Below, in pieces: positions 14,101 to 24,456 of a DNA stretch of 64,000 bases. The position numbers and the translations under genes were made by a program. Each line of letters opens with the position of its first letter. Within the stretch, counting starts at the first letter, position 1. The DNA comes from Convolutriloba macropyga (lineage: Eukaryota): assembly GCF_964194025.1 (NCBI RefSeq), contig NC_134473.1, positions 62,558,001-62,622,000 on the forward strand, in the 5' to 3' direction. The notes beneath the pieces are model-generated. The model did no database searches and was not told where the DNA came from. It worked only from the letters and a program-made list of their open reading frames with translations.

Positions 14101-14760
14101 AATTATCTCGGGGGGGGGGGAACAATTTCAACTACTTGAGGCACAATGCACCATACACTCTGCCAAGCAGAGTCAAATTGAACTTGCATTATGCTTTCGT
14201 TTTATCGACGCTTCTGTATGGATCATAAGTGTGGAGTCCAGATGTGTCTCTTATTAGGTTAACGGAGAAATTTCGTCTGAAATGTCTTTCATTGTGTTTT
14301 GGTAGGACGGACTTACCTACCGCTATCCGATATCTTATCATTTGGTTGAACGCGATCAATTAGAGTTGGAAGAAGCTGCCTTCAGTTTGACAATTACTTT
14401 ACGATTAGGCAGAACCAAAGATCTTTATGCAGTGATACTGTTCAACATATGTCTTCGTCTGGCTATAGGAGAAACCTAACAGGGAGATCATTTTTTCATC
14501 GAATTGTAACAGTGGTCAATGATATCAATGATTTTAAAGTCTTCAATTTACTTGAGCCACCAAGCAACTCAAAATCTCTTATAAAGACTTTTTTCAAAAA
14601 CTGCGTGACTCTAAGTACAATTTTAATCAACCTTGCACTTGTTCATTAAAATGCCACTTTTCTATTTGCAAATCTTAGCTCACTATTTGTTTTAATTGAT
14701 GTTTTTTTAATTAATTTATTAGTTGCCTTCTGTACAGGCCTCTCTTTGTACTGTTAAATT
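11200..14760 (+). mobile_element. Near full-length decayed L2/CR1-group LINE (ORF1 remnant, APE endonuclease, RT)
   Basis: ORF1 C-terminus RNLNLVVRG...RIGK...LLIKF...DPDLS (11378-11824). Endonuclease TVETWL, GDFNFP, THKRGNILDLVF, SDH (11853-12560). RT YRPVSL, QHGF, YLDFSKPFD, SGVTQGSVLGPLLF, FADDTK (13375-13930). Frameshifted. Confidence 0.92.
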
Positions 14761-14857
14761 TCCATAATTGGTAAATTCAAGTCTTTTACTACTGCTACAA
14801 GCAAAAATTTTGTCCAAGTAGGCAATACATCTTGGCTCCTCCATAACTTTGCTCATA

Positions 14858-15227
14858 TTCGAGTTCGAGTTCGAGTATTCTGGTCTGTAGGTTTGTTGCC
14901 TCTGTCGACCAGCTCCTCCGTGTTGTCCCTTACCCTAGGACAATTCGCGGAACATCCTGTGTTGCCAGTGTCTGTCAAGTCGTGTCTTGAAGATATCCAA
15001 GCTTTCACTTGACACGACGTGTTCTGGTAACTCGTTCCAATCTTCGAGTTCGAGTTCGAGTATTCTGGTCTGTAGGTTTGTTGCCTCTGTCGACCAGCTC
15101 CTCCGTGTTGTCCCTTACCCTAGGACAATTCGCGGAACATCCTGTGTTGCCAGTGTCTGTCAAGTCGTGTCTTGAAGATATCCAAGCTTTCACTTGACAC
15201 GACGTGTTCTGGTAACTCGTTCCAATC
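14858..15227. repeat. Exact 185-bp tandem duplication of the LINE 3' end
   Basis: 14858-15042 matches 15043-15227. Each unit starts ttcgagttcgagttcgagtattc. Confidence 0.95.
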
Positions 15228-16760
15228 TTTAGGTCCATCAACTGAGAAAAACTTTTTCCTCAGCTCCAGTCGTGCTCTTCTGATGGAAAGTTGCTGCCCA
15301 TGTTTCCTCGAGTTTCGTTCGATAAACTGAATTAGATTTCCCGTAGCATATGACTCTGGAGTGTGGTCAATTCTTCATAAAAGGTGTTGATGTCGCCTGC
15401 AATCACAAACTCAAGATTTTCTGCGGTCACAGCAAGTTCATCAATCGCTTGAAGGTTATGAGCCGTGGAGGTTGTTCGTCATTTCTGGCGTCAGGTTGGC
15501 GGTATACTACTGCTATCACAAAATTTCTCCGATTGTGAACGATGGTTTGCCATACAATTTCGAAATCTTCGTTTCCACTTAATTCTAATTTTTTGATCCC
15601 AACAATTTTGAAACATAAGCATACTCCTCCCCCATGTTTCTTATCAAGTCGGTTAATGGCGTTTCTATCCTTCCTGTATACTGGAGAGCCAGGTACGTGC
15701 ACAAATGGGTCGTCTACCTCGTTATTTAGCCATGTTTTGGTAACTTCCCCCAATTAAACATCGTACGCACGGATATTTGACGCAATATGGATTGAAGCCG
15801 CCGTCTTTTTCAAAGCGCGTGAATTTACAAGCAGCAGTTTTATGGGCGAGAGACGTTATAGTCAGGAAGATTGGGTTTTGGAATCTTTGCTCTTTCGATC
15901 ACAACTGCTTTTTTATTATTATTATTATTATGCATTTTTTGTTAAGGTGCATTTGTTTTATTATTATTATGCATTTATGCATTTTTTGGGATGCTACTGC
16001 CTGAGAACCCTCAACTCACATCTTAGTTTCCATTGTTCCGATTCTTGCGACAGGGTGAGATCAGGATTGTTAAAAACATTCGAATAGTCTCGAGACTTTT
16101 TCAGGTGACGACTCGCCTTGATTAGAAACCATTTTTTTTCTTTTTATTAGAGTAGGTAACACGAAGCCTCTGGTTTCCATATCCAGCCGTTTGTCCAATT
16201 CTCTGGAGTTTCGTTATGTCACCTGAATTGTGTAGTACATCTGTGATTGCTTTCACTATACCGCCATCGGATGTGCTTGGCTTTGTCCCGCTTATGAAGA
16301 CATTGCACTCTCGCTTTTTCTGTTCTGCTCCTCTATTTGGAGGTTATTGACAATAGCTGAGTACTGTAGATTGGCGGCTGTGGACTGAGTGCAAATGTTT
16401 GCAGGAGTTGTGTCATCACTTATTGAACGTGCAGCAAGTGAGCTATCAAGCTGGTTCAATCGTTCCTCAAGTTTTGATAGCTTTGCAGCGGTACAAAAAC
16501 TGCAGAGAAAGGACGAGGCAGAATTTTGGGTATCATAATTTATGTTCAGCAGGCACAGCCGGGTGAGGAACACTGCATCGTGGTGCAATCACTGGATGTC
16601 AGCATCACATTGGTTATCCACTGTCAGGATAGTGTATTTTTTCGTGCGCCCGCCGGTGATTTTTTAGAACATCCTCAATCTATTTAATAAGTTTATCGCA
16701 ACAATTTGGCACTCTTTGCTTCAAATTGACTGTCTTCTCAGACATTCCTATCTTCAAATT
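14858..16760 (-). mobile_element. Internally deleted CR1-type LINE with (CTCGAA)n tail
   Basis: ORF1 remnant with PHD-like Cys/His motif (16292-16650). Endonuclease N-half VTKTWL, YRKDR, GGGVCL, VVYRQP (15427-15860). This is followed within about 150 bp by the ORF2 C-terminus LRKKFFS...WNELPEHVV...FKTRLD (15160-15300). No RT core is present. Confidence 0.85.
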
Positions 16761-17899
16761 TTTAGCTTCATTTATGTATTCTTTGCTTCAAATTCACCGT
16801 ATGGTTTAGCTTTTGTCTATTCTAAGTTTTGAGATCAGACTACATTGGCAGGCTACATTCCACGTGCCTCTGTCCTCCTCTGGGAAGCAATTCTTAAAGA
16901 TATTCAGGTACATTTTTTGTTAAGGTGCATTTGTTTAATTCGCAGTTGTTTTGACTAAAATACTTTTATTTAACCCATGTCCGTATTGTTTGTGCACCTT
17001 CAATAGGTTGCCGAGCAGTATCTTTGTTCGCAGGAAAAAATCGTCTAAAGTTTTAGTCAATCGAGTTTTCGTTATATTATTGCATAGCAGTATCTGGTAA
17101 GGTAGCAATAGGTATATTCTCAATTTTATAGGCAGGCTATACCACTACTGAAGCTTTTATAAATAACCTGCCGAAAAGTGTTATGTTACTGAGCTATGGC
17201 AATGCATAAATTACTATGGCTAAGCAATTGCCTAAGCAAATTATTCTGGCTATACAGCAGGTGCTCTGAGTTGAAATATAGAGAAAACGACATCTGGAGA
17301 CTACTGTGTGGGTGCCCAAATAGTAGAGACTTGGAGAAACAACTTTGATGACGAAGTTTGTTCAATTTGCACAACCTGAACATCTTTTTTTTTGTCGAAA
17401 ATGAAACTCAGTCGGATTTTATTCCCAAAGCCTTTATGTTATTTATAAAAAAAAACTTAGAACTTTTCGTGCAAATCCTGATGTTTGCAAAAAATTATAG
17501 CCAATAATTCGTCGATTTTTGGTTTTGCTCTTAGCGCTAGAAGATTAGCAAAACGGATAATACCGAAACTGAAAAAAATTGTATGGAAAATTTTTAAGCA
17601 TGCTGTTGCAAATAATCAATAATGTCAATTAGAAATGATTTCGGCATTGATTGCTTTTTCCACTATACATCTGAAACGAACGTAGCAAGAGATCATATTG
17701 TTTTGCGCTTCAATGTTTGACTTATTTTATTTCAATACTTTGCAAAACCTTGTATGGTACGGTTGCGCTTCACCTCAATTTCATAGACAGGACTCAACAC
17801 TACTGTGGGAGAGCAATGGTGTAAATTTTTTAAAAAAATTTTGATTTAAAAATAAAATTTATTGCGCAAAAATTTACTTCGAACTTTCAGTAGACGTAA

Positions 17900-19110
17900 A
17901 TGGGTCTTTTATCTGTTGTTATCAAAGTCTCAAATTCTTTCAAAAAACGCTTACGGATGCCTAACAAGAGGCGTGCAACAAAAATTAATTTCCGTGTCTA
18001 GCACAACGCCAAACTCACGGAATATCTTCACAGACGCGGAAGCTAACATCCAAACGCACGTCCTACCGTCGTTCCTTGACTCTCCGGTGTCTCAATCCAC
18101 ACGGCGACCGTGTTCCTTACCAAACTGAGAGGGCCGACTTAACATCAAGGAGCCAATAGATTACGAAACGGAGTACGCCGCATCGCTGACCGCATGCGCT
18201 CTTGAAGATGAGGATCGAGCAAATGCTCATCTCAGCCAGGAACGCATAACACACAAACGACGAACCGCACGACTGAAAAAAATTTACGCTTAAGAAAGAT
18301 CTTGTCGAAAAACTTCAGACAGAGAAATGCCACGTATTAGAAATGGCTTTGGAAAAAGGAGCCCCAAATGGCTCACAGCTTTACCGCATAGACGTTGCGG
18401 TTTCACACTAACGTAGTCCAAATTTAAAGAGGGGCTTTGCATTAGACATCGAGGCCAAAAACGCCCATTCATTGCCTTGTGGTGAATAGTTCACCCTATC
18501 ACATCCTCTACACCGTGCGAAGGGTGGGTATACACACATGAGACACTAAGAGATCTGAGACGCCTTTGCTAAGATCACGCATGACGTTTGCTATGACGCG
18601 AGGTTGAGCAAACTCTTCAGTTGCTGCAGGGTGAGTCCCTTTTATACAAAACTACTACCACTGATAAAAACGCGCGACTAGTCATTAAAGCCAATGGCCT
18701 ACGGGGGTCCAGGTTCAGCCGTTATTTTTTGGAAGTGAAGGTTTTAAACCCACTCGCCTCAATCGTGTCTGAAAAATTCCGTAGAAGGATACAAATATTA
18801 TGAGTCATTGAAGTGCCTCAAGTATGAGCAACGAATACTTGACGTCGAGAAAAGTAACTTCGCTCGGCACGTGTTTTCTTGCATGGGGGCGCAGGACCGT
18901 CCTAAACGCGCACTATTAAAGAGCTAGCTAGCAAACTTGCTGTAAAGAAAGACAAAGCATACTCGAGGCAATAACGTACATACGCACGAGAATAAGTTTT
19001 GCTCGTGTGCGCAGCGCTATCATATGCCTAAGAGGGTGCCGTGGTTCCAAAGGGCCGAACGACATTGATAGTTCTTGCAGTGCCACAATGCGGAAGGGGA
19101 GTCTAGATTC
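17900..19110 (+). mobile_element. 5'-truncated CRE-like non-LTR retrotransposon (RT thumb, zinc knuckle, restriction-like endonuclease), decayed
   Basis: Translated fragments EKGAPKWLTALP, FTLSH...KGGYTHMRH, ARLVIKANGL...FLEVKVLNPLA, KYEQRILDVEK, YIRTRISFARVRSAIICLRG match the recalled C-terminus of CRE-clade RLE elements. Confidence 0.75.
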
Positions 19111-19123
19111 ATAACAAATTAAC

Positions 19124-19292
19124 TTATATAGAAATTCACTTCTCATGACGCAGCTCTAACAGGTATAGTGCCTTTTCTTTAAAATTATATACGATGCAGT
19201 GATGTCTAATTTTATATAGAAATTTAATTCTCATGACGCAGCTCTAACAAGTATAGTGCCTTGTCTTTAAAATTATATACGATGCAGTGATG
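19124..19292. repeat. Two-copy tandem duplication (about 81 bp, 88-bp period)
   Basis: ttatatagaaatt...ctcatgacgcagctctaaca...tatacgatgcagtgatg starting at 19124 and at 19212. Confidence 0.9.
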
Positions 19293-19711
19293 AGTCATAG
19301 TAGGGGATCACTACTCATCCATTGGATTGTCCTACGCTGCTTAAGATCAAATTTCCTTTATTGATTTACAACGGAAAGTCATGATGACGGGAATTTTACC
19401 CTTATTTTAGGTTTGCGACCTGTAAGGATGTTGTTTGATGTTCAATTGATTGCCAGTTATTACAATTCCAATTAATATTTCCAATTCCCGGTTTGTGCGT
19501 TTTACGAGAGAGGAATTTTAAATTTGGATGCTTAAATCAACAGAATCAATTTCAAATCCCGCTTCTGGTGTTTTAGACAGTTATGTAGATGCGAAAATTC
19601 TGTTTCAACTAAGGCTGCCTTGTCTGGAACAATATTGTGATACTCTGCAATGCGGTAGTGGATATTTATTGCTTTTTACTGAACTATTTTGAATTTAAAT
19701 TACACAGCCAG

Positions 19712-22291
19712 ATGTTCAGCATAAGTAGGAGAATAAAGCGACTCTTTTTGCTTGCTCTGATATGCATGATTGTGTTATACATTAAAAATCTGTACTTGTT
19801 GGTAGCCGATAGTGATGTGTGGAGTTCTGATAAAGTTGATTTTGCGCAGCTCCGAAGGTCGACAAAAGAAAGTCGGTACGTTCCGTCATCAGAATATATC
19901 CTTCTGGTCAAAAAGACTACCAAGTTCAAATCCACCGCTGAATGGCTATTGTTGAATCTCAAGTTAAGTGTGCGAGTTAAGGAAATATCAGATGATGATC
20001 AAGCATTTTCTGTGAGCAAGCCGCTGCCATATTTGATTGTGTTCGATGACAACACGATTGTTCATTTTTTGAAGGAACCGTTATTTCAAAATGCTCGAAA
20101 TGTCATTATCACCCACTCAATACCAGTTATCGGCATATGTTTTAATATTGAGCAATGCAACTATCATGCAAGAGCCTTACTTCCCTCAGCAGCATATTAC
20201 AAATCATTTCTGCGGTCCACGGATCACTTGCTATTTAAGATTCTCAAATCTAACTTTCTGTATGAAAATATAACCTCAAACTCGTTGGTGTTCTACATGA
20301 AGCAAGAAAGCTTACCCAACATTGCACCTTTAATTGAGATACCGTCAAACAACGTTGACTTTTCAAAAATGCCTGAAACTACGGGTCAGTTGATGAAACA
20401 ATCGAAACTGCTCTCTGCTTACTTTGACTATGGGCATTATGATTCGATTCCTAAAGTGATCATTGGCAATGATCTTGGTGGAACAGACTGGCTTTATAAA
20501 GTATTGTTTTTGGAAGCATGCAACTATCTTACAAACCGCAAGCTGTCATTCGGCTTGACAAGATTAATCCAAATAGATATCGACGATGTATTCTTGCCTG
20601 CTAAGCTCCGTGAAAACGCGTTGACCAAATTTGATATCGATGAGCTGGCCAAATTTCAAAGAAGCGCTCAAACATTGATACCTGGTTTTAGATTAAAACT
20701 TGGTTTTTGCGGCGACTTTTATACACGCGGCAGGCATCCTGAAGAAATTGATGCTTTCAAGTATTTATTGAACTCTAGAAAGAAAGAATTTGATTGGTTC
20801 CCGCACCTTTTTAGGCACTATCAACCTCACAATTTGACTTTCACGAAGCTGCGCGAAGAAATGGTGGAGAATAAAAAGTTTGCAGGTAAATATGGACTGC
20901 GTGTTAAGGACTTCTACGCAGTTGCTCCTCATCACTCAGGTGTATACCCTGTTACTCAGAACTTATATCAATTATGGAGAGATATCTGGAATGTTTCTGT
21001 GACCTCGACTGAACAATACCCACACTTGCGGGCAACCTACGGTAGAAAAGGTTTCATATACAATGACATCTCAGTTCTGCCACGCCAGATGCTGGGTTTG
21101 TATACTAAGACACTGCGTTTTACAGACTACCCAGGAGGTATTTTGGGGCTAGAACGGGATGTGAGGGGTGGTGATACCTTCCTCTCATTACTCCTCAATC
21201 CTGTTGCAATCTACATGACACATATTGGCAATTACGGAGCCGATAGACTGGCATTATTTGCATTTCGGAATTTACTTCACTTCGTGGACACGAACACGAA
21301 TCTAAGATTAGTTGCGGCCTCACCCATAGAAATGGCCAAGTACCACTTTAGCATCTTCCCTGAACAAATTATGCCAATGTGGACAATGCCGTGCGATGAC
21401 AGACGTCATCGGGAGATTGTTCCTAAAGGTTACAAGTGCGATTCTTTCCCCCAAATCATAATAGTTGGACCTCAGAAAACTGGAACTACTGCCTTTCAGT
21501 TTTTCCTGTCTGCTCATCCGGATTTCTCAACCAGTTTGCTGAGCTCCAAAACGTACGAAGAGGTGCAATTTTTTGACAATGACGGTTACTACTTGAAGGG
21601 AATTGACTGGTACAAAAGCAAGTTCCCGATAATGTCTAGAAGTAATCAGGTCAATTTTGAGAAAAGTGCATCTTATTATGACAAATACAAAGTGCCACAA
21701 AGAATTCGCAGCTTGTTGCCAAATGTGAAAATTGTGTTTCTGTTACGGAACCCCGTGGATAGAGCTTACTCTTGGTATTTGCACGAGATTTCAAAAATGG
21801 AATCAGTGCCAATATCCTTCTCAAATTTGATCAGACTAAATGCTTCTTCGGTTGACTGGTCTGATTTCAAATCGAAAGTATTAGCGCCTGGTTTCTATTT
21901 CAAACACATACGGAGATGGTTGGAATCGTTTCCCTTGCAGTCCATGTACTTTGTTGACGGCGATGGTTTCACAACAAAGCCTGCCGAACATTTGCAGAAG
22001 TTTATCGAATGGTTTAGACCTCAGCAATCTTACCCCGGGTTCAATTTTTCATCCATAATCGAATACAATAGTGAGAAAAAACTCTACTGCTTAGGAAAAT
22101 CAGTGTCATCTAAAAATTGTCTCGGTCCATCTAAAGGTCGATCCTTCAGCAGCTCTTATGACAAACTGCTGCCTGACGATCAACAATATTTATTAGACTT
22201 CTATCGTTCTGATATGCGTAATCTCAAACTTCTCTTTGATAGAAAGAATGTAACGTGTCCTAATTGGCTGTTATCTATTGTTAGTAAGTAG
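19712..22291 (+). CDS. NDST: Bifunctional heparan sulfate N-deacetylase/N-sulfotransferase, single coding exon, 859 aa from first ATG
   Basis: Type II signal anchor (RRIKRLFLLALICMIVLYI). Deacetylase motifs DIDDVF, WFPHLFRHYQPH, YAVAPHHSGVYP, VTSTEQYPHL, MTHIGNY. Sulfotransferase motifs GPQKTGTTA (5'-PSB), EEVQFF, FEKSA, RNPVDRAYSW (3'-PB), CLGPSKGR. The ORF-track start at 19637 is a GTG; the ATG is at 19712. Confidence 0.97.
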   Translation: MFSISRRIKRLFLLALICMIVLYIKNLYLLVADSDVWSSDKVDFAQLRRSTKESRYVPSSEYILLVKKTTKFKSTAEWLLLNLKLSVRVKEISDDDQAFSVSKPLPYLIVFDDNTIVHFLKEPLFQNARNVIITHSIPVIGICFNIEQCNYHARALLPSAAYYKSFLRSTDHLLFKILKSNFLYENITSNSLVFYMKQESLPNIAPLIEIPSNNVDFSKMPETTGQLMKQSKLLSAYFDYGHYDSIPKVIIGNDLGGTDWLYKVLFLEACNYLTNRKLSFGLTRLIQIDIDDVFLPAKLRENALTKFDIDELAKFQRSAQTLIPGFRLKLGFCGDFYTRGRHPEEIDAFKYLLNSRKKEFDWFPHLFRHYQPHNLTFTKLREEMVENKKFAGKYGLRVKDFYAVAPHHSGVYPVTQNLYQLWRDIWNVSVTSTEQYPHLRATYGRKGFIYNDISVLPRQMLGLYTKTLRFTDYPGGILGLERDVRGGDTFLSLLLNPVAIYMTHIGNYGADRLALFAFRNLLHFVDTNTNLRLVAASPIEMAKYHFSIFPEQIMPMWTMPCDDRRHREIVPKGYKCDSFPQIIIVGPQKTGTTAFQFFLSAHPDFSTSLLSSKTYEEVQFFDNDGYYLKGIDWYKSKFPIMSRSNQVNFEKSASYYDKYKVPQRIRSLLPNVKIVFLLRNPVDRAYSWYLHEISKMESVPISFSNLIRLNASSVDWSDFKSKVLAPGFYFKHIRRWLESFPLQSMYFVDGDGFTTKPAEHLQKFIEWFRPQQSYPGFNFSSIIEYNSEKKLYCLGKSVSSKNCLGPSKGRSFSSSYDKLLPDDQQYLLDFYRSDMRNLKLLFDRKNVTCPNWLLSIVSK

Positions 22292-23299
22292 TGACTTTTT
22301 CTATCTTATCTCTTGTTATTTTTGTACTTTATTTTATGACATCTGAATTTGTGTGATTTAGATCGTTAGTTAGATGATCATTTAAAGCATTTTCTATACA
22401 ATTTAGCTCTTTCCTAGTCGGACATTTCCCGAACCTATAAACAACTAAGCACGTTGAACTTCAGTAGAGAATTGTCTCATCACATATTTTTTGGATGAAA
22501 GGTTAAGCTCAGAAGCAAACAAGTTGCTCGCGGATCTGAGTTCGTACCGCTTACTCCCTGTAATCTGATAACCACAGGGCCTTAATGAACTGTCAAGCAA
22601 AATAATGCAAATATTTAACAAACAGCAAGAGTTGCCCGCAAAACCGAGAAACTAAAAATTTTTTTTGTTTTAAAGTAATGTCGACAAAGCCATTAATATC
22701 AATTGCTAGTATTCGTTACTACCAAAGGAACAAAACTTCTTTTCATTAGAAAACTCATACCTCGGTGGCTCGAAATGATTAAACAAAAAGAAAGAAATGT
22801 GGGTACCACTGAAAAAAGATGGTGTGCTAATTATATCTATCAAATGTATGGAAGTAAAGGCCCACTTCAATTGGCTTGTAATATTACTGGAACACGTGTT
22901 CAACTTTCAAATGATAGCTATCCTTTTTGGGGGTTTATTTTGAAAAAAAAGTTATTGGTCTCTCGATGTCTGATTGAGTGTAAATAAAGATGTCGAAAGT
23001 TTGGAAAGCGCTTTTGTGAATTTAGTGGCATTACCAGTACGTTAACGACGAAATTCGCAAAGGTAGTACAATTCTTGAAAATATTTTTGCGTCAAATAAT
23101 TACTAAATTAATGAGCTTCGTTATTTCTCGACATTCTGTTATTGTCTCACTGTAAGCTTTTGATGCCTTGATTTAATATAGAGAGTCAAAAACAATTTTC
23201 TCAGATTGGAATTCAGGAACGTGGGCAGTTTTTATTTTCAGAAATTCTTGGAGAAGAGTAGATTTTAAACTGAGAGAACATTGGGGGAAAACTTTTACC

Positions 23300-24150
23300 G
23301 TAAAAAGTTTTGCTCCTTAAATTTGCTGCTAGGACAAGATATAGAACATCAAAAGCCGGAGAACAAATAACAGCGATCATTATAACAACGATCATTAATT
23401 TGACTGCGGCGTCGGGGAGCAAGCAGTACATTGCCAATGAACAGATTCCTACAAGCCTTTTGACTCGCATTTTCCCATTTTGATCACTTGTATTTTGGCT
23501 GAGAGTGGTATGTTTTCCCAAGCTACATAAAGTGGCCATTGTTCAGCCTCTTCAAGAAAAGCAACTATTGAGTGTGTATTAGTTTGTGTTTTAGTTTATT
23601 TGAGCGCTGTAAGCACAGCTGTTGGTCGCAGAGAGTTTCAAATAGTGATTAATATTCGATACCAAACTTTCAAAATCAGAGGTCCCTAAAGGATCTGCTC
23701 TAGGCTACTATTTTCCCTGCTTTATCCTTCGGCTAGAAGCCTAATTCGTACAACCTGATGCCATTTACGACACTAACTCAATTCAAAGGATAGTGTTCTG
23801 TAGAATTAGATCGGTGGTTGAAGCTGCGATTTTAGTGGATTATAACCGTACCTTTTGTATTCAAAGCAAATGAGTTCTGTTGGGTCGAGATGTTCTTTTT
23901 CTGCTAATGATAGTACTTTATCAGAAACACAGCGGCCATGAAGTTTATCCTAGTTGGTTCGATTAATGATGCTCTCACGCCTGGAGACATGCTCTGCAAC
24001 GAGCTGTATTTTGGATTACTTTTTTATCTTCCACAAAAACTGCAGCGTATAAGGAACTCAGCATGTTGACTGATTATTAGACAAACCTCTGGTACTTCGT
24101 TTTCAAATTATAATAAACAGTTTCGTTGGATACACGTATAACAGCGTGTG
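23300..24150 (+). pseudogene. Heavily decayed LINE RT relic
   Basis: gaggtccctaaaggatctgctctagg encodes EVPKGSALG, resembling GVPQGSxLG (about 23680). A KPFDS-like remnant lies at about 23455. Confidence 0.4.
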
Positions 24151-24456
24151 CTGCTTTATAATTTGTTATTTGGATATCGTTTGGTTCTAGTTAACTAGAA
24201 TAAAAGATCCCGCTTCTATCGCTTTTTTGTTTTTGAAATGATAAGCTGACGATTTGCGACAATCTGAAAATCTTCACTCGAACGAAAATCCTTTCATTGA
24301 GTGGAATTGCTTTTTTTGAAATGAAACTAATACCCCATGAACTTGATTATCGGAAAATCTGAAATTTTTGCGAAGTGATAAGATTGCAATTACTTCTGTT
24401 TTTGTAATCAGTGCGTAATTGTTTAAATATAAAAATTCGTATAATAATTGTTATGG

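Noticed and set aside
19637-19711. N-terminal 25-aa extension of NDST
   Set aside because: It starts at a GTG. The ATG at 19712 gives a typical short cytoplasmic tail before the signal anchor.
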